IMG/VR virus record: IMGVR_UViG_3300046167_000825
Coordinates: 186,001-250,000 of that record
Strand: one strand, 5' to 3'
Length of the DNA stretch: 64,000 bases
The notes under the pieces are model-generated. The model was not told the origin of the DNA. It did not search any database and saw nothing but the letters and a program-made list of their open reading frames with translations. Both the position numbers and the translations under genes were made by a program. Of the stretch, positions 35,974 to 45,583 are shown piece by piece. Each line of letters opens with the position of its first letter. Position 1 is the first letter of the stretch.

Positions 35974-36657
35974 ATGAGGCTAACTATGACAACACTTGGG
36001 CTAGACCCCTCTCTCACGAACTTTGGCTGGTGCTTAATCGCTGACGATGGTTTTACTGTTATCGAGCGAGGTCGCTTTCAGACAAATGCAAAACAGATTT
36101 TCATTGAGAGGTATGTTTATCTTCGTGAGGAGTTGAGAAACCTCGTTAAAACACATAAGCCAGATTACATTGGTATCGAAAGCCCTATCTTCAATGACTT
36201 GTACTCAGAGGGGATGTATGGGCTTTTCTTATTTTGTAATGATGTGTTTCTTGTGGAAAAGCAAGATGCCGTTTTCTTCACGCCCCCACAAGTCAAGAGT
36301 CACGCTTTCGACTGTTTGGGTCGACCGAAAGGTTGGAAGATGAAGAAAGCCGATATGGTGGAAGCAAGCAAGAAGAAATCAAACACAAATGTCCGTTGGA
36401 ATCACAATGAAGCCGATGCCTACTGGGTGGGTGTTATAGCCCATCGCTTCTGGCAGTTCTACAAAAAAGAAATCACTCTCGATGACCTTTCAGTCAAAGA
36501 GAAACATCAGTTCGCAAGAAAGCATACTTACACACGAGGAAAGAAGGCTGGTAAAACCGAAGCCACTGGACTCATTTATCGTCAAAATGACCGATTTTTC
36601 ACATGGTCACAACAAGGAGCAAACACCCATGCCAAGAAAAGCAACAAAAAAACCTAA
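35974..36657 (+). CDS. ruvC: RuvC-like Holliday junction resolvase
   Basis: LGLDPSLTNFGW, IGIESP, FTPPQVK, HNEADA. Confidence 0.85.
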   Translation: MRLTMTTLGLDPSLTNFGWCLIADDGFTVIERGRFQTNAKQIFIERYVYLREELRNLVKTHKPDYIGIESPIFNDLYSEGMYGLFLFCNDVFLVEKQDAVFFTPPQVKSHAFDCLGRPKGWKMKKADMVEASKKKSNTNVRWNHNEADAYWVGVIAHRFWQFYKKEITLDDLSVKEKHQFARKHTYTRGKKAGKTEATGLIYRQNDRFFTWSQQGANTHAKKSNKKT

Positions 36658-37849
36658 CGCAAAGAAAATCACACCAGCAAGTGCCTTGTCCAAAGCAATG
36701 GGCAATATCACAAAGCACGGTCTTGATAGCAATGTTCAAGTCAAACTAGATTCCAAACGATTGAAAACCTCATTGGAACACATCCCAACGGGTGCTTTGG
36801 CAATCGACTATCTCATTGGAGGTCGTCCAAATCAATTCGGTGTTTCCCCATGCCCTGGCATCCCCAAAGGGCGTATCATGAACCTTTATGGACACGAGGG
36901 TAGTGGTAAGACAACCCTTGCTCTGACAACCGTAGCCCAAGTCTGTGCCACTGGTGGGACAGTTTGCTATATCGACTTTGAGAACGCCATCGTTCCCGAT
37001 TATGCTCAAGCATTGGGTGTTCCCATTGAGGATGAAAGCAAGTTCGTCCTTGTAGCCCCCGAAACCCTAGAAGATGGTCTGAAGATTATGTTCTTGATGA
37101 TCACAGAAGGTGTTGATCTCATTGTTATCGACTCTGTTGGTGCTGGAGTTCCGAAGATTGAGTTCAATAAGACGGGTAAAGACATTGAGAAACACGCAAA
37201 GGTCGGTGAGATCGCTCGTTTGTGGTCGGGTCACTTACCCAAGATTAAGCAGTTGGCTGCAAAGAATGACGTGACCATCATTGGGATATCCCAAATCCGA
37301 GATAAGATTGGTGGTATGGGCTACGGTGCAGATGCGACTACCACTGTTCAAGGTGGGAAGGCTTGGCGTTTCTATTCGGCACTGCGTATGCGTTTGAAAC
37401 GAGTTCAGACAGTGAAGGGAAAGGTTTACAATGCCATTGCGGGTAAGTACGAAGATCAAGCCATTGGTAGCAAGACCCGAGCGAAATTGGATAAATGCAA
37501 GGTTTCTAGTTCGCAAGGACAAGAGATTGACTTTCATCTTCGTCAAGGTGAGGGCATCGACAATGAATCTACAATGATTGACATTGCTATTGCCAATGGC
37601 ATTATCAAGAAATCGGGTTCTTGGATCACTTGGGTTCGTGCCGATGACTCAATCATTAAGGTACAAGGAGTTGAACGTATCCGAGAGCAGTTGAAGAACG
37701 ATGATGCTCTTTGTAACGAACTTTGGGAAATCTGTATCCCTATCCTCAGTGGCTCTATGGTTGATAGCACCGAAACTGAAGAAGAGGATAGCATTGACAA
37801 CTCTAACGAAGTCGATGTAGCCAAAGCCCTTGCAGATTTAGATAAGTAA
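36629..37849 (+). CDS. recA: RecA recombinase
   Basis: IPTG, YGHEGSGKTTL, YIDFENA, IVIDSV, SQIRDKIG, GGKAWRFYSALRM; AAGGAG RBS before ATG 36629. Confidence 0.95.
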   Translation: MPRKATKKPNAKKITPASALSKAMGNITKHGLDSNVQVKLDSKRLKTSLEHIPTGALAIDYLIGGRPNQFGVSPCPGIPKGRIMNLYGHEGSGKTTLALTTVAQVCATGGTVCYIDFENAIVPDYAQALGVPIEDESKFVLVAPETLEDGLKIMFLMITEGVDLIVIDSVGAGVPKIEFNKTGKDIEKHAKVGEIARLWSGHLPKIKQLAAKNDVTIIGISQIRDKIGGMGYGADATTTVQGGKAWRFYSALRMRLKRVQTVKGKVYNAIAGKYEDQAIGSKTRAKLDKCKVSSSQGQEIDFHLRQGEGIDNESTMIDIAIANGIIKKSGSWITWVRADDSIIKVQGVERIREQLKNDDALCNELWEICIPILSGSMVDSTETEEEDSIDNSNEVDVAKALADLDK

Positions 37850-37852
37850 CTG

Positions 37853-37881
37853 GGATCGTTTTGAGGGGCTTTTTCGGTATA
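37853..37881 (+). promoter_or_regulatory. class A promoter GGATCG-N17-GGTATA
   Basis: one mismatch in the -10 box. Confidence 0.7.
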
Positions 37882-37898
37882 ATGTCTAGGAGAATATT

Positions 37899-39098
37899 AT
37901 GACAACCAAAGTAAAAATAAAAGACTTCCAAAGTATCGAAAAAGCCGATCTCGAAATCAGTGGTTTCACTGTTATCACTGGAAAGAACAATAGTGGCAAA
38001 AGTGCCGTCCAACGGGCGATACGGGGCGTGTTCCAAAATACAAGGGGACACGCCTTTGTTCGTCACGGAAAACCTCACAGTGAGGTTTCTGTTTCATTTG
38101 AGGATGGGAATGAGGTCACTTGGTTGAAAGGAAAGAAAGAAAACAAATATATCATCAATGGCAAAGAGTTCGATAAAGTGGGTTCTGGCACACCCGAAGA
38201 ACTAGATGACTTTATGGTGCAGCCCATAACGGCTGGTGGTCGGGAGATATGGTCGCAGTTCGCACCACAGTTCACGGGTCAAGTGTTCCTATTGAGTGAA
38301 ACTGGCTCAGTCCTAGCCGAAGCCATCTCCGATGTTGAGCGAGTTCAGACCCTCAATAATGCTATGAAGCAAAGCGAACGAGATAAACGATCAGCCAACA
38401 GTACTCTGAAGGTGCGTAAAAAAGACGAGAAAGCCCTCCAACAAGACCTAGAGCATTATGTCGGGCTAGAGGCTTTAGGATTGCTCCTAGATACCATAGA
38501 GAGGCTAGAGGAGAAAGTAGCAACCCTCACTAATCAAATTGCTACTCTTATTTCTTATCAGAATAAACGAGGTTCTTTGTTATCGGAGATATCTCTTTTG
38601 GATGGTGTCACCTCAATAACAATCCCTAACACGGATAAAGTGTCCTCTTTATCAGAGGGTCTTTCCTCGCTACTTGAACTAAGGGGCGAATATGCTGAGG
38701 CTTCTCAGACAGTGTCTTTTTTACAAGGCATCTCATCCGTGTATGTTCCAGATGAAGGTGATTTGCTCACACTGACAGCAACTTTGAAAACATTGTCGGA
38801 TTTACAGACAGATAGATTACGGGCTATGACTGGCACTAGAGTTATGTCTCAGATGTGTACCACCCTATCCAATGACCTTGTACCTCTCCATAAAGTGGAG
38901 TTCCTTTCAAAGACAGAGAACACACTAGAAACCCTAACCTCTTTGCATACCGAGAGGTCTATCAGTATCGAACTGCTAGAGGACTTGGAGAAGGATATCC
39001 AACAGAATAAACGGGATCAAGTGGCATTACAAAGACATTTGAAAGACCACATTCATGCTCAAGGCTCATGTCCTTTATGTGGTAGCACTGTATGTTAG
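37899..39098 (+). CDS. SbcC/Rad50-like ATPase, N-terminal half
   Basis: IKDFQS, ITGKNNSGKS Walker A, Q-loop, coiled coil ending in zinc hook CPLCG; no Walker B. Confidence 0.85.
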   Translation: MTTKVKIKDFQSIEKADLEISGFTVITGKNNSGKSAVQRAIRGVFQNTRGHAFVRHGKPHSEVSVSFEDGNEVTWLKGKKENKYIINGKEFDKVGSGTPEELDDFMVQPITAGGREIWSQFAPQFTGQVFLLSETGSVLAEAISDVERVQTLNNAMKQSERDKRSANSTLKVRKKDEKALQQDLEHYVGLEALGLLLDTIERLEEKVATLTNQIATLISYQNKRGSLLSEISLLDGVTSITIPNTDKVSSLSEGLSSLLELRGEYAEASQTVSFLQGISSVYVPDEGDLLTLTATLKTLSDLQTDRLRAMTGTRVMSQMCTTLSNDLVPLHKVEFLSKTENTLETLTSLHTERSISIELLEDLEKDIQQNKRDQVALQRHLKDHIHAQGSCPLCGSTVC

Positions 39099-39225
39099 TC
39101 CTCAAGTTTTTTGCTCTAGTTTTTCTGCTGTTTTTTTCGGGTTCTTTGCTTGGGTATCTCTATGCCGATTATCGTTGGAAATCGGGGACTTGCTCCTTAT
39201 GCAAAGAGAAAGGGAATGATTGTCA

Positions 39226-40137
39226 ATGTTTGTGATAACAAATGCAAGGGTGTATAAACCCGTCAATCTCCGAAATGTCTTATCGCTATTCGATGGGATT
39301 TCTTGTGGTCAATTGGCTCTCAATCGCTTGGGGCTTTCTTACGGAACTTATTACGCTTCTGAAATAGATAAGACAGCCATATCCATCACTCAGTCGAACT
39401 TCCCAGAAACAGTTCAGTTGGGAGATGTTCAGAAAGTGGATTCCAAGAATCTTACAGACATCGATCTGATATTTGCTGGGTCACCATGTCAAGGCTTTTC
39501 AAAAGCGGGATACCGTCAGAACTTTGGTGACGAGAGATCAAAGTTGTTTTGGGAGTTCATTCGTTTGAAAGAAGAACTTAACCCCCGTTTTTTCTTGCTT
39601 GAAAATGTTGAGATGGATTCCTTTAGTGAGGGGGTCATCACAAAGACATTGGGAGTCACCCCCATCCGTATTGATTCCGTAGCCTTTTCAGCCCAACAAC
39701 GAAAACGGATCTATTGGACGAACCTCCCCGTTCGATTGTTGCCCGTAATTCCTTGCTCTGACACTTTGGGAGATGTCCTTGATATGAGTGCCTCACGAAA
39801 GTGGGTGAAGGTGTCCTCCATCAAAGGTTGGAGGTATGGTCGGAATTATCTTCAATATGATTTGACGGGAAAGGGTCATAACTCACAAGATCAGAGAGCC
39901 ACCTATCTCATTAAGAAATCCCCTACTGTTCTTCATAGCAATGGACACAGCAAAATTAAGTTCCTCAGAGAAGATGGTGAGATAGGGTTATTGACAGTGG
40001 AGGAGTTCGAGAAACTTCAAACACTTCCCCTACAGTATACAAATATACAAGGGGCTTCTGATGCCAAGAGGATTTCAGCCATTGGTAACGGTTGGACAGT
40101 GTCTGTGATTGCTCATTTGCTCTCGGGGATAAAATGA
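39226..40137 (+). CDS. dcm: C5 cytosine DNA methyltransferase
   Basis: VLSLFDGISCG (I), GSPCQGFS (IV), LLENV (VI), QQRKRIYW (VIII), ERLQT-like EKLQT (IX), IGNGW (X). Confidence 0.93.
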   Translation: MFVITNARVYKPVNLRNVLSLFDGISCGQLALNRLGLSYGTYYASEIDKTAISITQSNFPETVQLGDVQKVDSKNLTDIDLIFAGSPCQGFSKAGYRQNFGDERSKLFWEFIRLKEELNPRFFLLENVEMDSFSEGVITKTLGVTPIRIDSVAFSAQQRKRIYWTNLPVRLLPVIPCSDTLGDVLDMSASRKWVKVSSIKGWRYGRNYLQYDLTGKGHNSQDQRATYLIKKSPTVLHSNGHSKIKFLREDGEIGLLTVEEFEKLQTLPLQYTNIQGASDAKRISAIGNGWTVSVIAHLLSGIK

Positions 40138-41081
40138 ATATCCCCTATGCGATTATCAACACCGACCTAGATGGTTTTCTCTCTGGGTTGCTTCTCCACC
40201 ATTTTCTCGGGACAGAGATTGTGGGTTTCACTGACAGTGGTAAGACCGTTTGGAAAAGGGAGGGAGTCGCTTGGGAAGATTGTACTTTCATAGATATGTA
40301 TGTCGTACCCCCCAAGATAAAAACACTTTGCAACCACATGGTTGCTGTGGATGAAGACCACGCCAAAGAGTTGTTTTGGAACACCAACAAGAGAAATCCC
40401 AACCTAGAAATTGCCACGAGGTCATTCCTAGATTCTTATACCACCAAGTTCTCCCTTGCGACTGTCCATTACATCATTGCACTTCTTGAGCAGCATGATT
40501 ACCCAGTTCTAAAAGACCTCAATCTCCGAAATACCTCTATGGGTTATCGGTGTATTGATATCATTCTCCGTGCAGATGATGTGATGAATAACTCCGTTCA
40601 TGCCTATCGTGAGAACTGTCTTTTTTGGTGGGATAAAATGTACGAGATAGCCTCCGTGAATCTGCAAGGTTTGGTCACCAAATCTTTCATGAATTACACA
40701 GATGCTATTCATCGTGGAGATATTCGATTGGATGTTGAGAGATTCAAGAGGCTTTTTGCGAACTTCGTGAAGAATCGTTTTGGTTGTGATTCCCCAGATG
40801 GGGGATACAAGAATCTTGGCTTTGGTGACACAGCCATCGGGGATAATGCGGTGCGGTTTATCAGTTGGTTGTCAGAACTAACGGGCTTGAAAGGCTTTCC
40901 TCTCCACGAGAGTCTAGTTCGCTATGAGGGGGAAGCCCACCGAACTAATGTTTCCATTGAGGAACTTCAAGAAATCAAGGGTGGGACATACCGAGGACAG
41001 AAGTTATTCTCGTATGCGTTTGTGTGTCGTCCATCAAGCGAAAATCATTTCAGTTACACCATCAATTTGGAGAGAAAATGA
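40134..41081 (+). CDS. DHH-like phosphoesterase of unknown function
   Basis: NTDLDG, FID, NH at the DHH position, RADD; ATGA overlaps at both ends. Confidence 0.55.
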   Translation: MNIPYAIINTDLDGFLSGLLLHHFLGTEIVGFTDSGKTVWKREGVAWEDCTFIDMYVVPPKIKTLCNHMVAVDEDHAKELFWNTNKRNPNLEIATRSFLDSYTTKFSLATVHYIIALLEQHDYPVLKDLNLRNTSMGYRCIDIILRADDVMNNSVHAYRENCLFWWDKMYEIASVNLQGLVTKSFMNYTDAIHRGDIRLDVERFKRLFANFVKNRFGCDSPDGGYKNLGFGDTAIGDNAVRFISWLSELTGLKGFPLHESLVRYEGEAHRTNVSIEELQEIKGGTYRGQKLFSYAFVCRPSSENHFSYTINLERK

Positions 41082-41203
41082 TTATTACACGAGGCAAGGT
41101 TCGGAAGCCAATGCGTATTCTCATCGCTTGTGAATACGCTAGAAGTGAAACCTTTGACGGCATCGCCCAAGCGATGGCAGACCAATGGGGTTGGATTCCG
41201 TGA
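41078..41203 (+). pseudogene. internally deleted remnant of a phage methyltransferase-like gene
   Basis: 41 aa: MRILIACEY joined directly to ARSETFDGIAQAMADQWG, matching the remembered N- and C-termini of a common phage MTase-like family. Confidence 0.6.
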
Positions 41204-42148
41204 TTACTGTTTCCGTCAATAGAAAGGTTGAGCCGATACGGAATGTTCTCTCTTTGTTTGATGGGATTTCATGTGGGCAACTCGCACTCCAAAGAGCCAA
41301 AGTTCCCTATGAGAACTACTACGCTTCTGAGATAGAAGATGCCTCCATCAAGGTCACCCAAGAGAACTTCCCTAAGACAAGACAACTCGGTGATGTGACC
41401 AAGATAACGGATTTCCCAAAGGTGGATTTACTCATCGCTGGGTCACCGTGTCAAGGCTTTTCAAAATCTGGGAGCAAACTGAACTTCGATGACTCTCGAT
41501 CAGTTCTGTTTTTTGAGTTCTTACGGGTTCTGAAACTCACGAAACCGAAGTATTTCTTGCTTGAAAATGTCATTATGGATCAATGGGCTACCAATGTGAT
41601 TTCATATTTTTTGCGAACCAGCCCCTACGAACTGAACTCCTCTTTGGTTTCAGCCCAGAACCGTCCTCGATACTACTGGACAAATCTCCCACGCCCCTCC
41701 ATAACCGAAAAGAGTTTGTGCCTAGATGACATCGCTGGTCAAAGTTCCAAGAATCTCCTCTCGGATTCTTCTCTGGACTTCATTCCGTGTCCGTCTTCCA
41801 ACACAGATACGGGGTTGATTTTTGTAGGGGGGTTCAAGACACGGAATCAGACCATGTGGATAGAGAATGGCAAACTGTTATCACGGAACTTTCGACAAGG
41901 CTATCGTGTGTATTCGAGTAAAGGTAAGTCTAGCACTCTCACAGCCAGTGGTGGGGGTCTAGGGGGGTGCAGTGGCTTTGTACCAGTTCGGAGATGCGAT
42001 ACGCCCTTTGACACGATTGGAATGTGAAAGATTGCAGACCGTTCCCGACAACTACACCAAATCTATTTCTGAGGGTCAAGCCAAGAAAGCATTGGGGAAT
42101 GGCTTCACGGTAGATATGATTGCTGAGATTTTTAAGGGGTTGGTTTGA
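41200..42148 (+). pseudogene. dcm: second C5 cytosine methyltransferase with a +1 frameshift near 41977
   Basis: motifs I-VIII in frame; removing one T from GGCTTTGTAC restores GLYQFGDAIRPLTRLECERLQTVPDNYT...ALGNGFTVDMIAEIFKGLV* (motifs IX-X). Confidence 0.85.
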
Positions 42149-42165
42149 CCCCCACTTTCCGTATA
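42137..42165 (+). promoter_or_regulatory. class A promoter GGGTTG-N17-CGTATA
   Basis: motif before sbcD. Confidence 0.75.
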
Positions 42166-42181
42166 CGCATTGGAGGAAGAT

Positions 42182-43138
42182 ATGATTAAACTACTATGGC
42201 GAACTGATATACACATGAGTGACAAGACCCCCGTATCTCGAACAGATGATTGGAGGGCGACACTCACAAAAAAATTGAAGAAGGTGGGGGAACTAGCAAA
42301 GGACTTCGATGCCGTTCTCGATGGAGGTGATTTCTTTGATATCAAGTCCCCTACAAGGAACTCCCACTCTTTGGTGAGGGAGATGATTGATATTCATAAT
42401 GACTATCCCGTTCCCGTGTATGCCAATGTGGGCAACCACGATTGTGTCTATGGGGATTACACCTTTCTACACCAACAACCTCTTGGGGTTCTTTTTTCAA
42501 GTGGGTGCTTCAAGAGATTGTATGATGAACACGAGGTCATCTTCGAGAAGGATGGCTTGAAGGTTCGTGTGGTTGGTATCCCTTATCATGGTGTTCATTA
42601 TGATATGGAACGGTTCAAGAGTATCACCAAAGGGGATGAGGACTATCTTGTGTGTGTCGCCCATGTGCTTGCTTCTGAAAAGGGTGGCTCAATGTTTGAG
42701 GGGGAGGATATCGTCAAGTATTCTGACTTGGAGAACCTCGCCCCCGATGTGTGGTGCTTTGGACACTGGCACAAGGATCAAGGCATCACAGAGATTGCCC
42801 CAAACAAATGGGTTGTGAATATTGGTTCTATGACGAGAGGTTCGCTCACACAAGACAACATCGAACGGATACCTTATCTTGGTTCATTGTGTTTTGACGA
42901 GAATGGCATCCACTTGAAGAAAATCCCACTTGAAGTTCAGCCCTCAGAGGAAGTCTTTGACCTTGCGAAGAGAGAGAAAGAAGAAATCCGAGAGGACACA
43001 ATGACGACTTTCGTGGGTTCATTAAAGGAAAGCCTAGCCACTTGTAGCGAAACGGATTTGCGTGAGTCTGTGATGGCTTTGGAAATACCAAACTCCATCA
43101 AAGAGAGAGCCTTGTTGTATTTGGAGCAAGTGCAATAA
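42182..43138 (+). CDS. sbcD: SbcD/Mre11-like nuclease
   Basis: TDIH, GGDFFD, VGNHD, AH, GHWH, NIGS. Confidence 0.88.
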   Translation: MIKLLWRTDIHMSDKTPVSRTDDWRATLTKKLKKVGELAKDFDAVLDGGDFFDIKSPTRNSHSLVREMIDIHNDYPVPVYANVGNHDCVYGDYTFLHQQPLGVLFSSGCFKRLYDEHEVIFEKDGLKVRVVGIPYHGVHYDMERFKSITKGDEDYLVCVAHVLASEKGGSMFEGEDIVKYSDLENLAPDVWCFGHWHKDQGITEIAPNKWVVNIGSMTRGSLTQDNIERIPYLGSLCFDENGIHLKKIPLEVQPSEEVFDLAKREKEEIREDTMTTFVGSLKESLATCSETDLRESVMALEIPNSIKERALLYLEQVQ

Positions 43139-43208
43139 ACCCCACTCCCTAGATAAAACCTTAACTTTTTCTTTCATGGGTATTGTGTTGTAAAAACGGA
43201 GCAACACG

Positions 43209-44138
43209 ATGGGAAGAAAAGTTAAGGTTCTCTATTGGTCAACAATGGAGAGATATGAGAAATGCCCCCAGATGTTTTTGTGGGGTCGTGGTTGGGAAGG
43301 CATCGACTTGGGTTACGGTGTGGGTGAGCCTATCCCCCCACCTAAGCCGTCTTCTATGCACCATGCCGTGATGGGCATTGTGATTGCGAAGGCAATGGAG
43401 GATCTCTATAACGATGAGTTGTGGCGAGACCCCACCAATCTCAAAGAAAATCTTGAGAAGAGCATTAGGAAAGAGTTCAAGTTTCTGACACACACGAAAT
43501 ACATTGATTGGGAAAAAGCCCCTAGCGAAGAAGAAATGCTCACGGTTTGCTTGGAAGGTATTCGTGGGTTTCTTCCCACGATGAAACACCACAAACTGTT
43601 GGGGCAGTATTCACGGAGTGAAGTGAATATGATAGCCGAACTAGACGGTGGAGTGAAGGTGGGTGGTAGAGCAGACCTCGTGATTATCCGAAATCAAGAA
43701 GTAGGCATCTACGATGGGAAGAACTCTTTGAGCAAAGGTAAATACACCTCTCCAGACCAGTTGAGATGGTATGCTATGTTATATCGGGCAACCACTGGTG
43801 ACACTCCTCACAAACTGGGCTTCATCTATTATAGATATCCTTACGGTATGGACAATGAGGGTGAGATGGAACAAGGGGTTGATTTCGTGGAGTTCACCCC
43901 CCACCATTTAGATTCTTTAGAGGAGCGAGCCAAAGAAACAATGATGGGTATGCACTCAAAATCTTTTGACCCCACTCCAAAAGCAAAACATTGTCAGTTC
44001 TGTGATTATGAATCCATCTGTGATGCTCGTAAAGAGCAGAAGGCAGTAAACTCGGAGAAAAGAAAGAAGAACTTCGATAAGAAATTGGGCATTGAAGGGT
44101 CGACCGAAAAGTTTGTTCAATTTAAATTGCCGAAGTAG
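43209..44138 (+). CDS. PD-(D/E)XK exonuclease (RecB/Cas4-like)
   Basis: GRADLV, IYDGK, QLRWYA, CQFCDYESIC. Confidence 0.85.
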   Translation: MGRKVKVLYWSTMERYEKCPQMFLWGRGWEGIDLGYGVGEPIPPPKPSSMHHAVMGIVIAKAMEDLYNDELWRDPTNLKENLEKSIRKEFKFLTHTKYIDWEKAPSEEEMLTVCLEGIRGFLPTMKHHKLLGQYSRSEVNMIAELDGGVKVGGRADLVIIRNQEVGIYDGKNSLSKGKYTSPDQLRWYAMLYRATTGDTPHKLGFIYYRYPYGMDNEGEMEQGVDFVEFTPHHLDSLEERAKETMMGMHSKSFDPTPKAKHCQFCDYESICDARKEQKAVNSEKRKKNFDKKLGIEGSTEKFVQFKLPK

Positions 44139-44166
44139 GATCGTTCTTGGGAAGTCTTTTCGTATA
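44138..44166 (+). promoter_or_regulatory. class A promoter GGATCG-N17-CGTATA
   Basis: exact motif. Confidence 0.8.
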
Positions 44167-44183
44167 GTAAAAAGGAGGTGTAT

Positions 44184-44435
44184 ATGACACTTGATGAAGC
44201 ATTGAAAAGAAAACAAAAACTTGAGAAAACACTCCAGCGATTGCAAGGTCGTTTGGATGTCGCTAAATCAGATAAGCAAAAACTTGATACGGAGATCCGA
44301 GATAAGGGTTATGACCCAGAAGACCTTGAAAATGTTATTGAGAGGTTATCTTCTCAGAAAACAAAATTACTAGAACAACTCGAAATCCATCTGCACGAAG
44401 CAGAAACTAACTTACTCACCTATATGGAGAAATAA
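44184..44435 (+). CDS. small coiled-coil protein
   Basis: AAGGAGG RBS; heptad repeats. Confidence 0.75.
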   Translation: MTLDEALKRKQKLEKTLQRLQGRLDVAKSDKQKLDTEIRDKGYDPEDLENVIERLSSQKTKLLEQLEIHLHEAETNLLTYMEK

Positions 44436-44437
44436 CT

Positions 44438-45583
44438 ATGAAAATGACTATTGCAAAAACAGACCTTGAAAAAGCCATCGGTATCACGGCTTATTCACTA
44501 GGCTCAGACGGCACAGCCGATTGGACGAAAAATTACTTCCTTCGTCAAACAGAGACTGGCATGGATGTTCACACCACCAACCATCGTTACTGCTCAAGTA
44601 CAAGTATAAACACTTGCACAGTCAATGGTGATATTGTGAATAGTTTCAATCTTCCAGCCTCCCGTTTCAAAGATATGTTCAACTACATGGAAAACAATGT
44701 GGTCACCTTGACTGTCAAAGACAGTATTGTGACTGTCCACAACAGTCGTGGGAATGTTCGTTTCCCGTGTAACAAGCAAGACTTCCCTTACTGGGATAAA
44801 TCGGTTTCGTCTGCAAAATCTATGTTGACCATCAAGGCAGAGGCATTGTACGAACTAATCAATCATCACAAAAAGTTTGTGGCAAAGCCAGATGCTAAAT
44901 CGGTTGTCTATCGCTATATCTCTTTTCAGAATGGTGGTGTCCTCAGTGGTGACGGTCTTAATATGTGTTTGACTGTTTCGGATGATTTGAATGATGCCGA
45001 CTTTTACTTGACCAAACTAGATGTCAATCCTTTGCTTGGCTTTTTGAAATCTTGTGACGGGGATATTGCTATCACCCATTGTGATAAAATGGTTTATTTC
45101 AAGTCGAACTCCGATGCCGTGTTCGGTATGGTGAAGCCCCCTAAACGAGTGTGTGCTGGTTTAACGGGTATTGATGTTGGGATGATGAAAAACAGCCTTA
45201 CAGATGTGTTAGCCGAGTGGTCTACCTCTAAAGCGAACTTGATTAACTCCTTTGGTATGCTTGGTTTCACTATGTCAGAGGACGACAAAGTGGTCAAGTT
45301 TGAGTTCAAGGACGGGTCACTGTTCTTTAATGGTCGTTCTATGGCTGGTGGTGTTGATACTCTTGAGGTAGGTTTGACAACCTTCAAAGATGACACAAAG
45401 GTGCTTGAAAATGCTTCCTACTTCAATCGAGAGGTCTTCACAAAGGTTCTGAAACTCATTGATGGGGATGATATCACTATCAAAACACTGAAGTCCTTGA
45501 ATAACTCACCCGTAGTAGATCACACTGTTTCGGGGTATTCCACCTATTCTTTGGTCGTTCCTATCCAATCTGCGAACTTTTAA
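44438..45583 (+). CDS. dnaN: DNA polymerase III beta-like sliding clamp
   Basis: 381 aa, three-domain pattern; MKMTIAKTDLEKAI, TTNHRY, QDFPYW, SLVVPI. Confidence 0.75.
   Translation: MKMTIAKTDLEKAIGITAYSLGSDGTADWTKNYFLRQTETGMDVHTTNHRYCSSTSINTCTVNGDIVNSFNLPASRFKDMFNYMENNVVTLTVKDSIVTVHNSRGNVRFPCNKQDFPYWDKSVSSAKSMLTIKAEALYELINHHKKFVAKPDAKSVVYRYISFQNGGVLSGDGLNMCLTVSDDLNDADFYLTKLDVNPLLGFLKSCDGDIAITHCDKMVYFKSNSDAVFGMVKPPKRVCAGLTGIDVGMMKNSLTDVLAEWSTSKANLINSFGMLGFTMSEDDKVVKFEFKDGSLFFNGRSMAGGVDTLEVGLTTFKDDTKVLENASYFNREVFTKVLKLIDGDDITIKTLKSLNNSPVVDHTVSGYSTYSLVVPIQSANF

Noticed and set aside
36482-36628. Long N-terminal extension of RecA
   Set aside because: Overlaps ruvC; the AAGGAG RBS supports ATG 36629
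39226-42148. Restriction-modification system
   Set aside because: No recognisable endonuclease motif in the cassette; the middle gene looks DHH-like rather than PD-(D/E)XK, HNH or GIY-YIG
43209-44138. Cas4 as part of a CRISPR system
   Set aside because: No cas1/cas2 or array nearby; context is recombination (sbcD, clamp), so a stand-alone PD-(D/E)XK exonuclease
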